Source: Lama glama
Taxonomy: Eukaryota
Direction of reading: 5' to 3'
Assembly (NCBI GenBank): GCA_028534125.1
Contig: CM052817.1
Location: 3,350,001 to 3,414,000, forward strand
DNA length: 64,000 nt
Shown: positions 12,611-23,120 of the stretch, one piece after another
How the letters are laid out: each line of letters starts with the position of its first letter
Position numbering within the stretch: position 1 is the stretch's first letter
Made by a program: the position numbers and the translations under genes
The notes under the pieces: generated by a model
The model's database searches: none
What the model was told of the DNA's origin: nothing
The model's input: the letters and a program-made list of their open reading frames with translations, nothing else

Positions 12611-12810
12611 CAGGAAGATGGGAAAACGGTTTTCCAGGTAGAAGTGACCCACACCAGGCTATGGGGAACCAGGGTGATGAGTCAGGCTGCGGAGGTGCCA
12701 GGAGGGCGGGGCCACCCCGTGCAGCTGCTCAGGCGCCAGGCGGGACGGCTGGGTTTATAGCGCCAGCCGGGCAGACAGGCACAGTGGATCCGGCCGAGCG
12801 ACCACGCAGC
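12611..12810 (+). promoter_or_regulatory. PSAPL1 proximal promoter and short 5' UTR
   Basis: TTTATAG TATA-like box at 12754-12760 (~50 bp before ATG 12811), GC box GGGCGGGG at 12704-12711, CACCC at 12713-12717, AP-1 site TGAGTCA at 12678-12684, and near-palindrome GGAAAACGGTTTTCC at 12621-12635. Confidence 0.7.
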
Positions 12811-14403
12811 ATGCTCTGTGCGCTGCTTCTCCTGCCCGGGGTCCTGGGCGCTGCCCTGGCCGGCCCCGTCTCTGGCCCCGAAGAGTGTGCAAAGGGCTCA
12901 GCGGTGTGGTGCCAGGACCTGCAGGCAGCAACGAGGTGCAGGGCCGTGGAGCACTGCCGTAGCACCATCTGGAGCCAGCCCGCCACCAAGTCCCTGCCCT
13001 GTGATGTGTGCCTGGATGTGGCGGCTGCCGCCAGCAACGGGCTGAACCCCGAAGCCGTGGAGAATGACGTCCTAGCTTTGGTGATGAAGACCTGTGAGTG
13101 GCTGCCCAGCCAGGAGTCCTCGACGAAATGCAAGCAGATGGTGGACGTCCACCGCTTGGCCATTCTAAGCTTGCTCGGTGGGGCCCCCAGCAGCGGCCCT
13201 GCACAGGTGTGTGCGGCTCTCACCCTCTGTGAGCCACTGCAAAGGCACCCAACCACTCCGGGGGCGCTCTCAGAGGAGGACACGTCCCAGGTGGTGGCCC
13301 CATTCATGGCTAGTGGGACCCTCAGCTTCCACCCATCGCAGATTCCTGAGTGCCAGGATTGTGTCCAGCTGGTCACCCGGCTCCAGGATGCTGTTGGGCC
13401 CAATCTGTCCAACTTGGCAGAGGTGACCACACAAGAGCAGTGTGAGTCCCTGGGGCAGGGCCTGGCTCTTTTTTGCAAGAACTACATCCACCGGATTTTT
13501 GCCTCTACTGGGCAAACCCTGAGGTTTATCCCACCGAATGAGATCTGCAGGAAGGGGGGCTTCTGTGAGGAACCTAAGACACCGGCCCGCTTGGCTCATG
13601 TGGCTGCTGTGGATGGGGTCCCTTCCCTGGAGCTGGCATCTTCAAGGGAGAAGAGCGAGGTCCAGATGACGGCTGGCGTGACCTGTGACCTGTGTCTGCA
13701 AGGGGTCCAGAAGCTGGACCAGTGGCTGAAAAACAACAGCACCAAGACCCTCATCAGCCAAGCCCTGGAGCGTGTGTGCTCAATGCTGCCCACTCCCATA
13801 GTCCGGGAGTGCATCACCTTGGTGGATGCCTACAGCCCCTCCCTGATGGAGCTCCTGGCCTCAGTCACCCCGCAAAGGCTGTGCACAGCCATCCGGCTGT
13901 GCAGCAGACGCAGGCTGGTCCGGTCAGTCCCCAAGGCCCAGGCAACCACGCTGCGCCCCCTGCTGGACAAGGAGGACCAGGGCAGCTTCTGCAGTGGATG
14001 CAAGAGGCTGCTCGGCGTGTCTGCCCGCAACCTGGAGCGTAAGAGCACGGTGTCCGGCATTCTGAGGGCCTTCAAGGGCGGCTGCAGCATCCTGCCGCTG
14101 CCCTATGTGATGCAGTGCAACCGCTTCGTGACCGAGTACCATCCTGTGCTCGTCCAGACCCTCATGGAAGTGATGGACCCTGAGACCCTGTGCATGAAGA
14201 TGGGCGCCTGCCACGTCCCCAGGACCGTGCTGCTGGGCACCGACCAGTGCGTCTTGGGCCCCAGCTTCTGGTGCCGGAGCCCAGAGGCGGCCGAGATGTG
14301 TGGCGCCGTGGAGCACTGCCAGCGCCACATGTGGAAAGAGAAGCCCTTCTACGCCGGCAACACGCGTGACCCCGGCGTGCCGAGACCCGATGCCAGCCAG
14401 TGA
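12811..14403 (+). CDS. PSAPL1: Proactivator polypeptide-like 1 (prosaposin-like 1), single exon, 530 aa
   Basis: Uninterrupted ORF. Signal peptide MLCALLLLPGVLGAALA, N-terminal saposin-A-type domain (GPEECAKGSAVWCQD...C...HC), four saposin-B-type domains with CxxC...C...C...C..C pattern (CDVC, CQDC, CDLC, CSGC), and C-terminal SapA domain (LLGTDQCVLGPSFWC). Intronless and antisense within SORCS2, as known for PSAPL1. Start taken as ATG 12811 (GCAGCATG), downstream of the TATA box. Confidence 0.96.
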   Translation: MLCALLLLPGVLGAALAGPVSGPEECAKGSAVWCQDLQAATRCRAVEHCRSTIWSQPATKSLPCDVCLDVAAAASNGLNPEAVENDVLALVMKTCEWLPSQESSTKCKQMVDVHRLAILSLLGGAPSSGPAQVCAALTLCEPLQRHPTTPGALSEEDTSQVVAPFMASGTLSFHPSQIPECQDCVQLVTRLQDAVGPNLSNLAEVTTQEQCESLGQGLALFCKNYIHRIFASTGQTLRFIPPNEICRKGGFCEEPKTPARLAHVAAVDGVPSLELASSREKSEVQMTAGVTCDLCLQGVQKLDQWLKNNSTKTLISQALERVCSMLPTPIVRECITLVDAYSPSLMELLASVTPQRLCTAIRLCSRRRLVRSVPKAQATTLRPLLDKEDQGSFCSGCKRLLGVSARNLERKSTVSGILRAFKGGCSILPLPYVMQCNRFVTEYHPVLVQTLMEVMDPETLCMKMGACHVPRTVLLGTDQCVLGPSFWCRSPEAAEMCGAVEHCQRHMWKEKPFYAGNTRDPGVPRPDASQ

Positions 14404-14457
14404 CCCCGGGGAGGCCCTCATCTCCCTGAATCCCGCAGGGGCCCCACGAGGGGGAGC

Positions 14458-14500
14458 TGTCCCCATCCCCATTCCACAGATGAGAAACTGAGGCTCCAAG
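14458..14500 (-). mobile_element. MIR core fragment in the PSAPL1 3' UTR
   Basis: ccccattccacagatgagaaactgaggctc. Confidence 0.75.
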
Positions 14501-15342
14501 CAGGGAGGCTCAAAGCAGCAGGGCTCTGTCTTGACCCTGGCCCCTGGCTCTGCCCTTGCATGTGCCTCTGATGGACTGAACGTTTGGATTGCGCCACCCC
14601 CACCCCCGGCCAACAGCCCCCTCTCCATCACTGTGCTGGTGTGGACAGTGTGGGGGGCCTGGCAGTGGCCTCTGGTGCCCCTTCTTCACCTGGCTAAGGG
14701 GGTCCTGGCTGGGGTGAGCGGTGGAAGGGGCAGAGGGCAGGTAGCGGCCCATCCTTCTTGTCAAACAGCTGGGGTGGGGATGGCTAGGTCTCATCCACAG
14801 CCACCGTCAAGCCAGAGCTGCTCAACTTGGGGCCCTGAGGGTGGCCTCAAAAGTGCATATGAGGCGTGTCTGTGGACCTTCGTGGGCAGGAGGCTGGGGC
14901 CTTGACCACATGCTGCGTGGGGTTCTTGGGCTCAGAGCAGTCCTCCCGATGCCTCTGCCCGCTGCAGGGCTCTCTCCCTGTACCCCAGACTCCTGCCCAG
15001 ATGGGAAGCCTGGGCTGTGCTCCAAGTAAGGAGAGGGAAATGTGTTGGCAAAGAGCCCACAGGGCCAGCCCGGGGTGTCGGGGGTGGCTTCTGGGCCACG
15101 GAGCAGCACAGGCAAACGCGGCCAGGCAGTGACAAGCAGACCCCTCCACCTGTCGGAGCCTCGGTTTTCTGATCTGTAGAATGGGGGTGATCACACCTGT
15201 CTCTTGGGGACGCTGAGACAGACTATTTGAGGAGGTGTCCTCAAGCTTCTTCCCCTCCAAAAAGACCAGCATCCATCAATCTGCTGGGACCAACAGAACC
15301 CAGCACAGGGGTCCCCAGAAAAATCTGGCTGTGCAGGTACTG

Positions 15343-15348
15343 AATAAA
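15343..15348 (+). terminator. Candidate PSAPL1 polyadenylation signal AATAAA
   Basis: First AATAAA I found after the stop (~940 nt downstream). It is followed ~25 nt later by a GT/T-rich tract (TTTGCTGTGTTTTCATT). Confidence 0.45.
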
Positions 15349-16499
15349 TGGCAAGCTTTCCCCAAATGGCATTTGCTGTGTTTTCATTCTCACGAGGTCC
15401 TGGTCCACAAGCTGTGGCGGCACCTCCTCTTTCTGGCCTCGCCCAAGAGGCCCCTCCTCCAGGAAGCTTTCCTGAGGCTCTGGGCCTGGTTTAGGCACCC
15501 GCTGTGGTTCCCTCTCATGCCACAGTGTTATCATCGGCCTCTGCAGCACACCGTGACCCCCTTGGGGATGGCCATGGGGTGTGAACCCTGCTGAGCCTCG
15601 TGCCAGCACAGGGCGCCATGGCGCACAGTAGGTGCTGAAACACTTGTGGGATGTACACAGGAGTGTTTCAGCCCAGCGGTCGCCTTCAGATGAATTTGTC
15701 TGGAACAAGAGAAGTGCCCAGGTCTGGGTTAAAAGGGACCTGTGTGGGTGCTCTTTTCTGTGAGGCCACACCTGAGCTCTTAGGCAACTATCCTGGGCCA
15801 TTGCCCCAGGAAGACGGGTACGCTTGGCCTGAGACTCCTCAGTGAGGGCGCCTGGTGGCTGGGCCTGGGCCCACCAGTCAGCCCTGTCCAAGATGAGGGC
15901 TGGTGGTCGTGTTGACCACCCACCTGAGGGCCTGGACATGAGCACGAGAGGCAGCTGGTGTCAGATTCTAAAACACGGATGGCTTGTGATCGACAGATAT
16001 GCAAACTGTTGGACTGGGCACAAACCACGTCTTTGGGAATAGCCACAGAGGCTGTCAGTCTGCCAGCGTGCGCCCTCTCTGGGGCTGGATGGAGCTGCGG
16101 CCCCTCGTCTGGCCTGTCTGGGGAAACACCTGACAGTTGTGTGACAGCTCACAGCTTCCTGGGACGTCACTGGTCATACATGGTCAGCCTGTGCGAGGCC
16201 AGGTAGGGTGAGCACCACGTCTCACAGGTGACCCATCCATGCAGAGCTGAGACGCTATCCCATCCGCCTTCCCCCCGCCCAGATCCACCTGCGGCAGGTG
16301 ATCACGGAGGGGTCTCCACATGCCCCTTCTCTCTGCCTACCCCACTCCCAGGCCTGGGAACCTTCTGCCCTCACCAACCCACTTCAGAGCTACCACTGCA
16401 CATGGGCCCAGCCAATGCACTGTGCATGTTGGTCTCACCTACCAAGGGCTTCCTATGTGACCCTAGGGGGCATAGCCCCGAGAGAGCTCGGCCTGGCTT

Positions 16500-16640
16500 C
16501 ACTTCTCACCCTCAGAACCACCTTGAGGGAGGCACCATTATCACCCAATTTACAGAGGCAGAAACAAAGAACAGAGAGTTTCAATAATTGGCCCAAGGTC
16601 ACACAGCCAGTAGGCAATGGAGCCAGGAGTCCAGCCCAGG
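16500..16640 (-). mobile_element. MIR
   Basis: cattatcacccaatttacagaggcagaaac...ttggcccaaggtcacacagccagtagg...ggagccagga. Confidence 0.75.
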
Positions 16641-19600
16641 CAGAAGCAGGTTCTAGGCCCTGTGTTCCTGATCCCACATCCTCTGCACCCAAGAGGCTGG
16701 AGTTCAAGTCCTGACTCCACCACTCTGCGGCCTGGGCCTCAGTTTCCCATTCCTAAATGCATCCTCAGCAGGACTGCTGACAACATATGAGAAGGGCCGG
16801 GTCAAGGAGGGGGAGATTTTAAAACCTCCTGCTCCCACTGAGCGTGTCTTTCTGCATCTCTAGCCTGCCCCTTAAAATATGTTTCACTGTTTTCTTTTTG
16901 CATATCTTCCTCCTAAGATGCATTGAAATTCCTAGATCTGATGCGGCTGATTTATTTTCCCCAAGTGAGCGTCTTAACCACTCTCGGCTGCTGTTTGCTT
17001 ATCATTTCCCTCATCAAATTCCTTTTCGATTAGAAAGCTGGGGGAGCGGGTAGTTGAGCTGATTGCTGCGGCTGAGGCCATGAGAGTGAGCACGCGGGGC
17101 GCCGGGACACCGGCCGCGGGGAGCCCACCCAGGTCTCCACCAGGCCGATGGACAGCATCGGGGAAGCGCTCGCTCAGCATGGATGCTCGGTACTTCACCA
17201 TCGCCCCCAGACCTCTAGGCATAGGGTGTCTTGCAGGTGTGTGGCTGTGCCCACACTCACATCGGCACAGTGGTCTGTACAGAGCCCAGAGTCAGGGCTG
17301 GGCCAGCCCCAACTTGCCAGAGCCAGGGCGGGAAAAGCAGGCCAGCCCTCCTCCCTGCGCCTCCCTGCGCCTCAGTCCCCTTGTCTAGGAAATGGCCCCA
17401 GCCACCCCGAAAACAACCCTGGCAGAGGAAGTGCCCCACACGCCTGCCCCTTGGGGCCCGCCTTCCTCCATCGCCCTGCCCCACCCGGTCTGTCCTCTCT
17501 GAGGGTCCCCGTGTCACCTCCCCGTGAGGTCAGGTCTGGTTGGGTCCCCCCCCAGCACCTCCTAGTCCTGCTCCCAGCTCACCCTCTGCTTTAGCCGTTA
17601 CCACCAGGGGACCACCCGTGGGGTTCACTTCTCTATCTCATCTGTGGTTCGTCTCCCCTTGTGCAACGTAACTCTGGGGGTGGGCAGGGATTCTGCCTCA
17701 GTGGTCCCCGCTATGTTCTCATCTCCCACAACGGAGCCACTCAGAACAGGGCCCTATGAGTGTTTGTCAGGTGAATCAGTAAACGCTGGCTCTACATGCC
17801 TGTCTTCAGTCTAAAGCTCCCTCTGGTCTGGGCGGGGACCACCAGGGCTGAGCGCCTCCATGGGGTCAGATGGTTCTGAAAAGGCCCAGCCACGGCCAGA
17901 CCCAACCTCAGGTTTAAAATACGGACAGTCTAGCCTTCAGTTAATGAAAGTGAATCACTTCTGCTTAGTCCCAGCTGCCTTCTCAGGGACGCTATGCAAA
18001 TAACAACATCCTCCACGGCCTGGGGGAGGCCGTGGCCAGGTGGGCTGCGTCCCGAGGGCCCACGGCTGACGGCGGGTCTGGGCCTCGGTGTGCGAAGGCA
18101 CTCACTTCCCCCAGAGAGCCCTCCAAGCGGCCCCTGGGTGGGGGCGCCCCTGCCCCTCTGTCGGCATCTATCCTCATCCCCACCAGGATGGTCACTGTCA
18201 AAGGCAGTCCAGTCCCCGAATCGCCAGCACTCAGGAGCTCAGGAGGGGTGGTGGGCGGAGGACAGAAGGCCACCCCAACTTGGGTCACTGTGGTTCCAAT
18301 GCTGGTGAGGGAGGGACGTGACAGACACTCAGCCCAGAAGTTTCACAATATGCTAATCTTCGAGACGGATGGGAAACTGAGGCACAGGCCATGGTGGAGG
18401 ACTGCCCCACCATGGGGTTCAGGCCTCAAGCTTAAGCTTCAATTGCATTTAGGGTCTGGCTCTGATGCAAGGGCTGGGGTGACAAACAGCTGCCTTCGAT
18501 CACTCAAGGATCCTCCAGGTCCTGAGCGCCTCTCGCACGAGGCCCTTCCCAAGAGGCCTCCCCGCGGTGCTTCGTACCCCCGACACCAGTACCGAGGCCT
18601 GGAACAGCACCCTGGAGACTCAGACCCTGCCAGAACCCACTTCAGGACAGCCAGGACCCTTCAGACCCAGGCGCCCGTGTAGCGAGGCCATGCTGGCGGC
18701 CAGCAGGGTCCGTCATGCCAGACCAGAAACGGCCCCACTTCCCCCCTCCTGTCACCGTGGAGACCTGCCTGTTCCTGACAGCCCAGCTTCCATGACTACC
18801 CCCCACCAGGAAGGCTGCCCTGGTCGCCCCGTTGCTCTGGAGCCAGGCCTGATTGAACATGGCGTGCCACTTCTGGAACAGTCTGGGAGTCATGGGGACC
18901 TCACGGCAGAGCAGAGAGCGCACAGGTTGTGCAGAGGGATGCGTTTGAGCCCAGCTTCACCCACCACTCGCCGCTGTGTGACCTTGGGCAGGTTCCTTAA
19001 CAATTCTGAGCCTCGTTTTCCCCGTGAGTATAACGTGGTGACACAGGCACCAGTCCCATGGCATCTGTCAGAGGATGAAGCGCAGTGCCAGGTGGGAGCT
19101 GGGCACACACGGCTGCAGAGGCTTGTGCTACCCCACGGAGCGGGTGACACCAAGCCCCCGCCCAGCCACCGTCTGCAAGTTCCCACAGCTCAGAGGACCC
19201 TGGAACCCGCCCCAGGCAGGCCGTCCAGAGGGAGCCCTGAGGGCCTGTGTCCACCAGGCTGACCTGAGAGTCTGTGGGCCAGGTGTCCTGGCCACTCTCA
19301 CAAACCCCTCCCGCGGGGTTAAGTCGAAATGATGAGGTTGACTGGGAGGCTGTGGGAGACGCGGGGGTGGGGGCGCGGGAGAGGAGAGAGGGGAAGGGAG
19401 GGAGACACAGACACAGGAGAAGGCATCTTCCCTTCCCTGTGAGGCGTCACCTTCCCCCGGAAAGCGGCACTTACGACACTCTGAAAGCACATGCTTGGTA
19501 ACCCACCCCCGCAGGCCTCCCCCAGGTAAGCCGTGTGTGCGGGAAGTCTCTTTCCGGAGCTGCCGGTAAACCAGCTGGCAAGGCCCGCACGGCCCTCCCG

Positions 19601-21747
19601 GCTCTCCACGGGCCCGGGGCTGCCTGGCAGCCCCGGGAGCCAGCCCGTGCTCACTGGGAATGGCAGGCTCGGCCTGGAGAGCTCTCCCCGAGATAAACTG
19701 GGCCCTGGCCCCCAGCTTCAGCCCCTCCACTGCCCCCTAGGTCCGCAGCCAAACCCAGCGGCAGCAGGGAGACGCCTCCTGCAGAGGGGGAACGAGCTAC
19801 GACATCTGAAAACCAGCCCGCTCTCCGCTCCTGGACCCCCGGAGAAAGGACAGCGGCCACCCCACTGGCGGCCTGGGCTCTAGGCCTGCCTCTCCGGGAA
19901 CGGACCACCCTCCTCTGTGCCTCAGTTTCCCTTCAGTAACTGGAAGAGGGCAGACTAGATGGGTTGGAGCACAAACACTCCAGGGCCCGAGGGCCGTGGA
20001 CAGTGCCGAAGCTAGGCCCCTCCCGGGGGGCAACCTGTGGTCCCGGGAGGATGCGGCCACTGCCACCCCTTCCTCTAACTCCTCCAGAGGTCAGCACCCC
20101 AGGCTGCCTGTGGGAGATCTCAAAATTTTTAGATGCTAGCGGCTCAACTGCCTTACTTTAAAGTCCTCTTCTGGCCAAACCAAACATGCCTGTAGACGAG
20201 GCCTGGCCCGGAGGCCCGCACGTGACCTCGCAGGCAGGGACTCGCCTGCTGGAATTTCGCACCTGGGCCTCCTGACAGCTCTCTGGTGCTCAGAAGTCCG
20301 GCCTGTTTCTGATTCCTCGCCCAGTCCTGGAAGGCACTGGAACCGGTTTGGTGTCAGGTTCCTGATCAGAGACGACTGTGTGTTTATGTGGGACAATGGG
20401 AGTAACGGCAGAGGAAGCAAAGTTTCACCTCCCAGACCTCCGAACCAGTTTCTCAGGTTGACGTTCCCAGGGGAGGGGCTGCATTACGACACACGGGACA
20501 GCAGAAAGGGGGCAGGGCCTGCCAGCGCTGTCTTACTTAACCGTCTCGGGGATGGCACCGAGAAGCTAGTGTGTTGCCCAAGACCATGCAGCCAGTCCTG
20601 TGGGACTCCACACGGTCGCTCTACAGCCATCGAGGGACAGGGATGGTGGCACCTGGCGAAAATGGAAACACAAGACGCTAGCATCGCTAGCTGTGCTGGT
20701 TGCCAGTGATTTTAGTTCAGCAGAACCTGAACTAAAGGTGAGGAGTGAAGAAAGGGGAGGGGGATCACAGGCAAGTGTGGAATCCCCTCCCCCCACTCTG
20801 CCCAAGGTTCCTCCTTCACCTGCACCCCAGCCCCCAGGCTCCTGGGCTCAAGGGGACCAAGGTCAGGGACAGGGAGTCTGTTCTGCCCTCCTGCTGACCC
20901 CACACCCGCCAAGGGCCAGAGAGCGCCCCCGCCAGCTGTCCCTGGAGATGCGCCTGCACCTCCAGGAGGTGGGGGGCACAGGGGCTGTGTGGCCTGAGGT
21001 CCTTATGCCTCGACTTTGGTGCTGGTGTGATGGACCCTGGCTGGTGACCTTCCTGGGGCAGGTGGGAGTTGACTTAAGGTTTGTGTGCATCCCTTAGGGA
21101 TGACGAAGTAGTGGTCCCTCTGCTGCTGAGACCCTCCTTGGAAAAGCCATTACCCGCAGGGCTGTGGGCCAAGGAGCTGCTGGGAGCCAGTCCTGCTGGG
21201 GTGAGGAGGAGGGGACAGCCACAAGGAGGGGCACTGGATGACTTCAGGCAAGCTTCTGGATCATTCTGGGCCCCGGATTCCCCACGAGTTCAGAGACCTG
21301 TGCAGACCCGGATTCTACAGCCAAGGCAGGCTCGGCGCCCACACTGGGCAACAAAGACAGTGAAGCCAAGAGGCAGAGGGACATCACAGGTCACCTGGTG
21401 CTCAGGCCAGGGCCTCCTAGGCCACAGACAGAGCTCCCCAATCCTTTCTGTCCTCAGGGCTCTTGCTGTCCAAGGGTTTCCTGAAGAGGGGTGCAATTAT
21501 TATCCCATTGTTCAGAAGAGGCACCAGAGGCCAGGTCCAGCACTGTAGCCCCCACCACCTCCTCACACATGGCCAGGAGAAACTTGAGGTGCCAGGGTTA
21601 CTGGCTGGGGGCCGGGGAGGGGCAAGGTTCCCAGGAAAAGCCAGCAACATCCCATCTGCCCGTCTGGACCTGAAGCATCCTCCCTGTGAAGGAGGTGTAG
21701 ACCCAGACTCCTAGAAGGCTGGACGGCTCCAGAAACTCCCTAGACAA

Positions 21748-22180
21748 CAGTGTACCGGTGCCAGTTCCACCCAGCTCACACCAGCTGGACCAGCTCTCAC
21801 CAGCTCGGCCAGCTCACACCAGCTCGATCAGCTCACATCGACTTATACCAGCTCACACCAGTTCACACCACCTCCACTAGCCTGGCCAGTTTGCACCAGC
21901 TCAGACCAGCTCACACCAGCTCACGCCACTCCATCAGTTCACACAGCTCCACTAGCTTGACCACTTTATACCAGCTCACACCAGCTAGCCAGAGCTGAGG
22001 GTGCATGTCTCCTTGCAAGGCTGTGTTCAGCAACTTCCTGCTAGAAGCTTGAAATCAGCCAGGGTGGGAGAATTTATACCACGGACATTGGCAAGCACTT
22101 CAAATTAGATGTTTTTTGGTTGGTTGGTTTTTTTTTTCTTTCTTTCTCCTGGAGTGCCGGTTGTTATGCATTTAGCACTG
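21748..22180 (+). mobile_element. MER63A-like hAT MITE carrying an internal minisatellite expansion
   Basis: Inverted ends AACAGTG...CACTGTT. The body agcttgaaatcagccagggtgggagaatttataccacggacattggcaa...ggagtgccggttgtta resembles the MER63 consensus from recall. Confidence 0.75.
21761..21987 (+). repeat. Minisatellite, ~9-10-bp unit CCAGCTCACA, about 20 or more degenerate copies
   Basis: ccagctcaca ccagctgga ccagctctca ccagctcgg ccagctcaca ... Confidence 0.92.
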
Positions 22181-22374
22181 TTTCCAAGGCTCCTGAATTC
22201 AAGAAGCTAAAGGCAGCCCCATGCCCTGGAGATATCTGCCAGTCCTCTCTGTCCTCCCGACTACTGACTCTGCCAGACGCTGGGTAAGGGTGGGCACTGG
22301 TCCTGGACAGACCTGTTCTCCATCCACCAAAGGAGCTCACAGACCAGCCACACAGAATGTCTTTCAACCCCATG

Positions 22375-23120
22375 GTGGACATACTGTGCACCCAGCACTG
22401 TTCTAGGCACTTGTGAACCACACAAGCAAGGTTGCTGCCCCCTGGAGGCTGCTGCCTAGCCATCACTGAACAAATAACACCAACGTTCAGAAACGGAAAT
22501 TTCATTAAAATAATACCATCACAAATAATGCACTGAAACCCTGAGAGAGTATGAGAAATGCAACTCAGAGAAAAGAGCATGGAGTAATAGCATCGAACAG
22601 AAGGAGCTACTTAAGATAGGGGTGGTGGCTCCGAGGACGTGGCGCTGAGCTGACACCTGACTAATGGGAGCCTGCTATGTCCAGGGAAGGACTTCCAGGA
22701 GACGGATGATGGGGCAGGCAAAGGCTGGGAAGTGGGTGGGAGGGGCAGAGAAGGTGGGCATAGCCATGGGAGAAGCGATCTGAGAGGTGAGAGGCTTTCC
22801 CTGGGGATCCCCGTGGGTGCAGGACGTCCACGTGGGATGGAGAGCCATGGGCCAGTCATAAGAGGGGCAATGATGGGTCCGCTTTGCTCTCTGACAGTTC
22901 ACTTTGGTGGCTGGGTGGACCCTAAGCGGGCAAGGGAAGAAGCAGGGAGACTAGAGCGATGGCTGATGCAGGTGTCCTGGTGGGAGATGGTGGTGCAGGA
23001 GGTGCTGTGGGGATGGAGGGGTGAGGGTTCGGGTTAGGGGCATATCCTGGAGGAGGAACCATCAGGGCTTGCTGATGAGCAAGAGATTAAGGAGGCTGAG
23101 AGTCTGAGAAATGGTGTGCA
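22375..23120 (-). mobile_element. L2 remnant
   Basis: tactgtgcacccagcactgttctaggcact...gagctgacacctga...gaagcagggagactag...tggatggaggggtgag-like pattern of antisense L2. Confidence 0.6.

Noticed and set aside
12621..12635. Grainyhead site in the PSAPL1 promoter
   Set aside because: AAACGGTTT lacks the AAC-NN-GTT spacing of AACCGGTT. Kept only as an inverted GGAAA pair.
12661..12810. In-frame upstream ATG giving a 580-aa PSAPL1
   Set aside because: It lies upstream of the TATA box and would bury the signal peptide behind 50 low-complexity residues. ATG 12811 fits better.
12729..14631. Long antisense ORFs (249 aa and 235 aa) overlapping PSAPL1
   Set aside because: Expected shadow ORFs of a GC3-rich coding sequence, with no recognisable domains.
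14404..15400. Retrocopy poly(A) tail and TSDs for PSAPL1
   Set aside because: None visible. Retrogene origin is inferred only from the lack of introns.
21761..21987. CRISPR-like array
   Set aside because: Contiguous ~10-bp degenerate units without unique spacers in mammalian DNA, so a minisatellite.
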